Below are positions 62,139-64,000 of a stretch of DNA of 64,000 nucleotides, in pieces (position 1 is the first letter of the stretch; every line of letters starts with the position of its first letter). The DNA lies in contig JBHGNT010000004.1 in NCBI GenBank assembly GCA_043228905.1, forward strand, positions 12,090,001 through 12,154,000, in the 5' to 3' direction. A program made the position numbers and the translations under genes. The notes beneath the pieces are model-generated. The model was given only the letters and a program-made list of their open reading frames with translations. It did no database searches and was not told the DNA's origin. Origin of the DNA: Azolla caroliniana. Its lineage: Eukaryota > Plantae > Polypodiophyta.

Positions 62139-64000
62139 ATGAGTGAAGATTCACCGTTCTCGATTGAAGAATATTGTTTGTCATCAGACCCATCGTTTTC
62201 TACTGAAGAGTATTGTTTGTCAACAGAGTCACCATATTCGATTGAAGAATATTGTTTGTCGACCGACTCACCATATTCTATCGAAGAATATTGTCTGAGC
62301 TCATCTACAGGGAACGTAAATAATGACACATGTGAAGAGTTCTCTATTGAAGAATAAAATATTAATAAAGATACCGAGAATGAAGGTAGTGCCCAGGAAA
62401 CATTGAATAACATTGGCGATGGTCACAACAGAGAATTAGACTGTAACAAGGTTACACCAACCTCTATGCAGGAAGAGAAATCTGGGAGCCCTATGCATAT
62501 TAGAAGAATCCCACAAAGAATTCGTCTGGCTAGATTTAGCTTGGTGACATCAGATAAACAGATTGGATTTGATGTCAAAAAAATATGGTGTGCCTGTGGT
62601 TGTATGTCTATGATTGGAAAATCAAAGTTGCGAGAATTAAGGCGATACTATTTTTCGATGACCGGTGATGAGCAAGACACTTACCTCGGGTCACATATGC
62701 AACTAGTATCTGACAAATGTACGGGGATCAAAGTATCATTCGAGTATTATATCTTCCATGCGCAACAGATATGTAGAGTTGCATTCAAAATTGCGTTATG
62801 TGTTAGTAACATGCGGCTACATAGAGTACAACAACGTCTACTTAGAGGGGATCAGATGCTCAATTGTAAAGAGGTTCCAAGTATGAAAGGTGCAATTGGA
62901 AGACATGCTATTGGCTGGATGAAAACTTACTTTCAGTTAAATTGTGAAGTAATGCCCACTACAGGTAGGATGCATCTTTCTGATAATTATACACATCGGG
63001 AAGTTTATGATGTCTATCGATCTGATATGTTGGGCTCACGTAATAAGTCTATCACCTATAGCCAATTCACAAGATTATGGAGAGCTCGGTTTTCAAATGT
63101 TATTATTCCTCGTAAAGTACGTATGGGGTATTGCTCCATTTGTGCAAATCTTAAAAGTTTGGCTAAAGGTGCAAAGACATCAATGGAAAAGGATACGAGT
63201 AAGAAGTTACTACAAGAGCATCGTGAGGCACAATCCTTAGAACGAAGGAAGGCGATGCATCATAGAGAGAAGTGTTTGAAGAGGCCCGAACAATACATGT
63301 GCTTAATGATAGATGGCATGGACCAGAAGAAGACATGCTTGCCGCATATGCGGAGGCTCCCCAAAGATGTCAATGATGAGTGCCTCGTTCAAATGCACTT
63401 GGTGGGATGCTTGTCTTATAATAGGTCCGTTCGACCTCACGTCTTCATTACTTACCCCAATGTTCACAATGACCCTAACCTAACAGTTACAGTGATTCAC
63501 CGAGTTTTGATGTCTTGGGGCCAACCTTTCCCCCCTGTTCTATACATTCAATTGGACAATACTGCTAGAGAGAACAAAAATTCAACTGTATTTGGCTATC
63601 TAAGTATGTTGGTCAACCTAGAATTGTTTAGGAAAGTGAAAGTCAATTTCCTTTTGGTTGGCCACACACATGACCATATAGATCAGATGTTTAGCACATT
63701 CTCCAGACAGTTGTCTCGGCATGATGCTTTCACTTTACCTAAACTATTTGATGTCATTTGTGATGCTTATACACCACACCCAAAAGTGTTACACTTGAAG
63801 GAGGTATATGACTTTAAGAGATATATATTAGATGGGGGTGGTGGGAATGTTAAAGTGCTTGCTCAGTTAACAATCACATTTTTATGATAAAGAAAAATGG
63901 AATAAGTGGTTCTACACTTTTGTATGCTAAACAATATTCATCTTCTACAACATGGGAACCTGAAGGTGGTTGCCAGTTATTACTTTGTATGCCGAGTACA
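62139..64000 (+). pseudogene. Putative transposase (DUF7869/Sola-like RNase H-fold with a Cys-rich N-terminal part); nonsense codon at 62355-57, frameshift near 63870, runs off the window
   Basis: ORFs 62139-62357 and 62403-63887 are in frame. Motifs CACGC, CRVAF, CEVMP, FTRLW..F..VIIP..GYCSIC, LMIDGMDQ, LYIQLDNTARENKN and FLLVGHTHDHIDQMF. Confidence 0.7.
62148..62300 (+). repeat. Four 42-bp-class coding repeats (SP(F/Y)SIEEYCLS-like)
   Basis: Visible in the ORF 62139-62357 translation. Confidence 0.85.

Larger units (their letters stand above)
55994..64000. mobile_element. Putative DNA transposon carrying a ParB-methyltransferase gene and a divergent transposase-like gene; extends beyond the window
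   Basis: LTR homology stops abruptly at 55993 and AT-rich sequence follows, with two divergent genes, one transposase-like. Termini and TSD cannot be verified. Confidence 0.6.

Overview
Eukaryotic, plant-like heterochromatic window; the LTR lineages suggest a non-seed plant (inference). Bases 1-~55,990 are a deeply nested stack of LTR retrotransposons, most with LTRs, PBS, PPT and 5-bp TSDs that can be read from the sequence. They include at least six Ty1/copia copies (one fully intact at 17480-22805; one with apparently identical LTRs at 45283-50791), two chromodomain Ty3/gypsy copies (25668-32138, 35490-41115), a non-autonomous tRNA-Trp-primed LTR element and a solo LTR. The most interesting part is ~55,994-64,000, a putative DNA transposon with two divergent genes. 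One is a six-exon gene on the minus strand (61323-57033, about 974 codons, three nonsense codons) encoding a ParB/Srx-like domain fused to a bacterial-type beta-class amino (6mA/4mC) DNA methyltransferase. The other is a Cys-rich DUF7869/Sola-like putative transposase on the plus strand (62139 to beyond 64000). Intron 1 of the methyltransferase gene holds 11 copies of the 25-bp palindrome GAACTCGATACG(G/C)CGTATCGAGTTC at a 51-bp period, a candidate parS-like binding array. The chromovirus LTRs also begin with an antisense 72-nt tRNA-like sequence and appear to be self-priming. All family assignments are from motif recognition by eye; no database searches were run.
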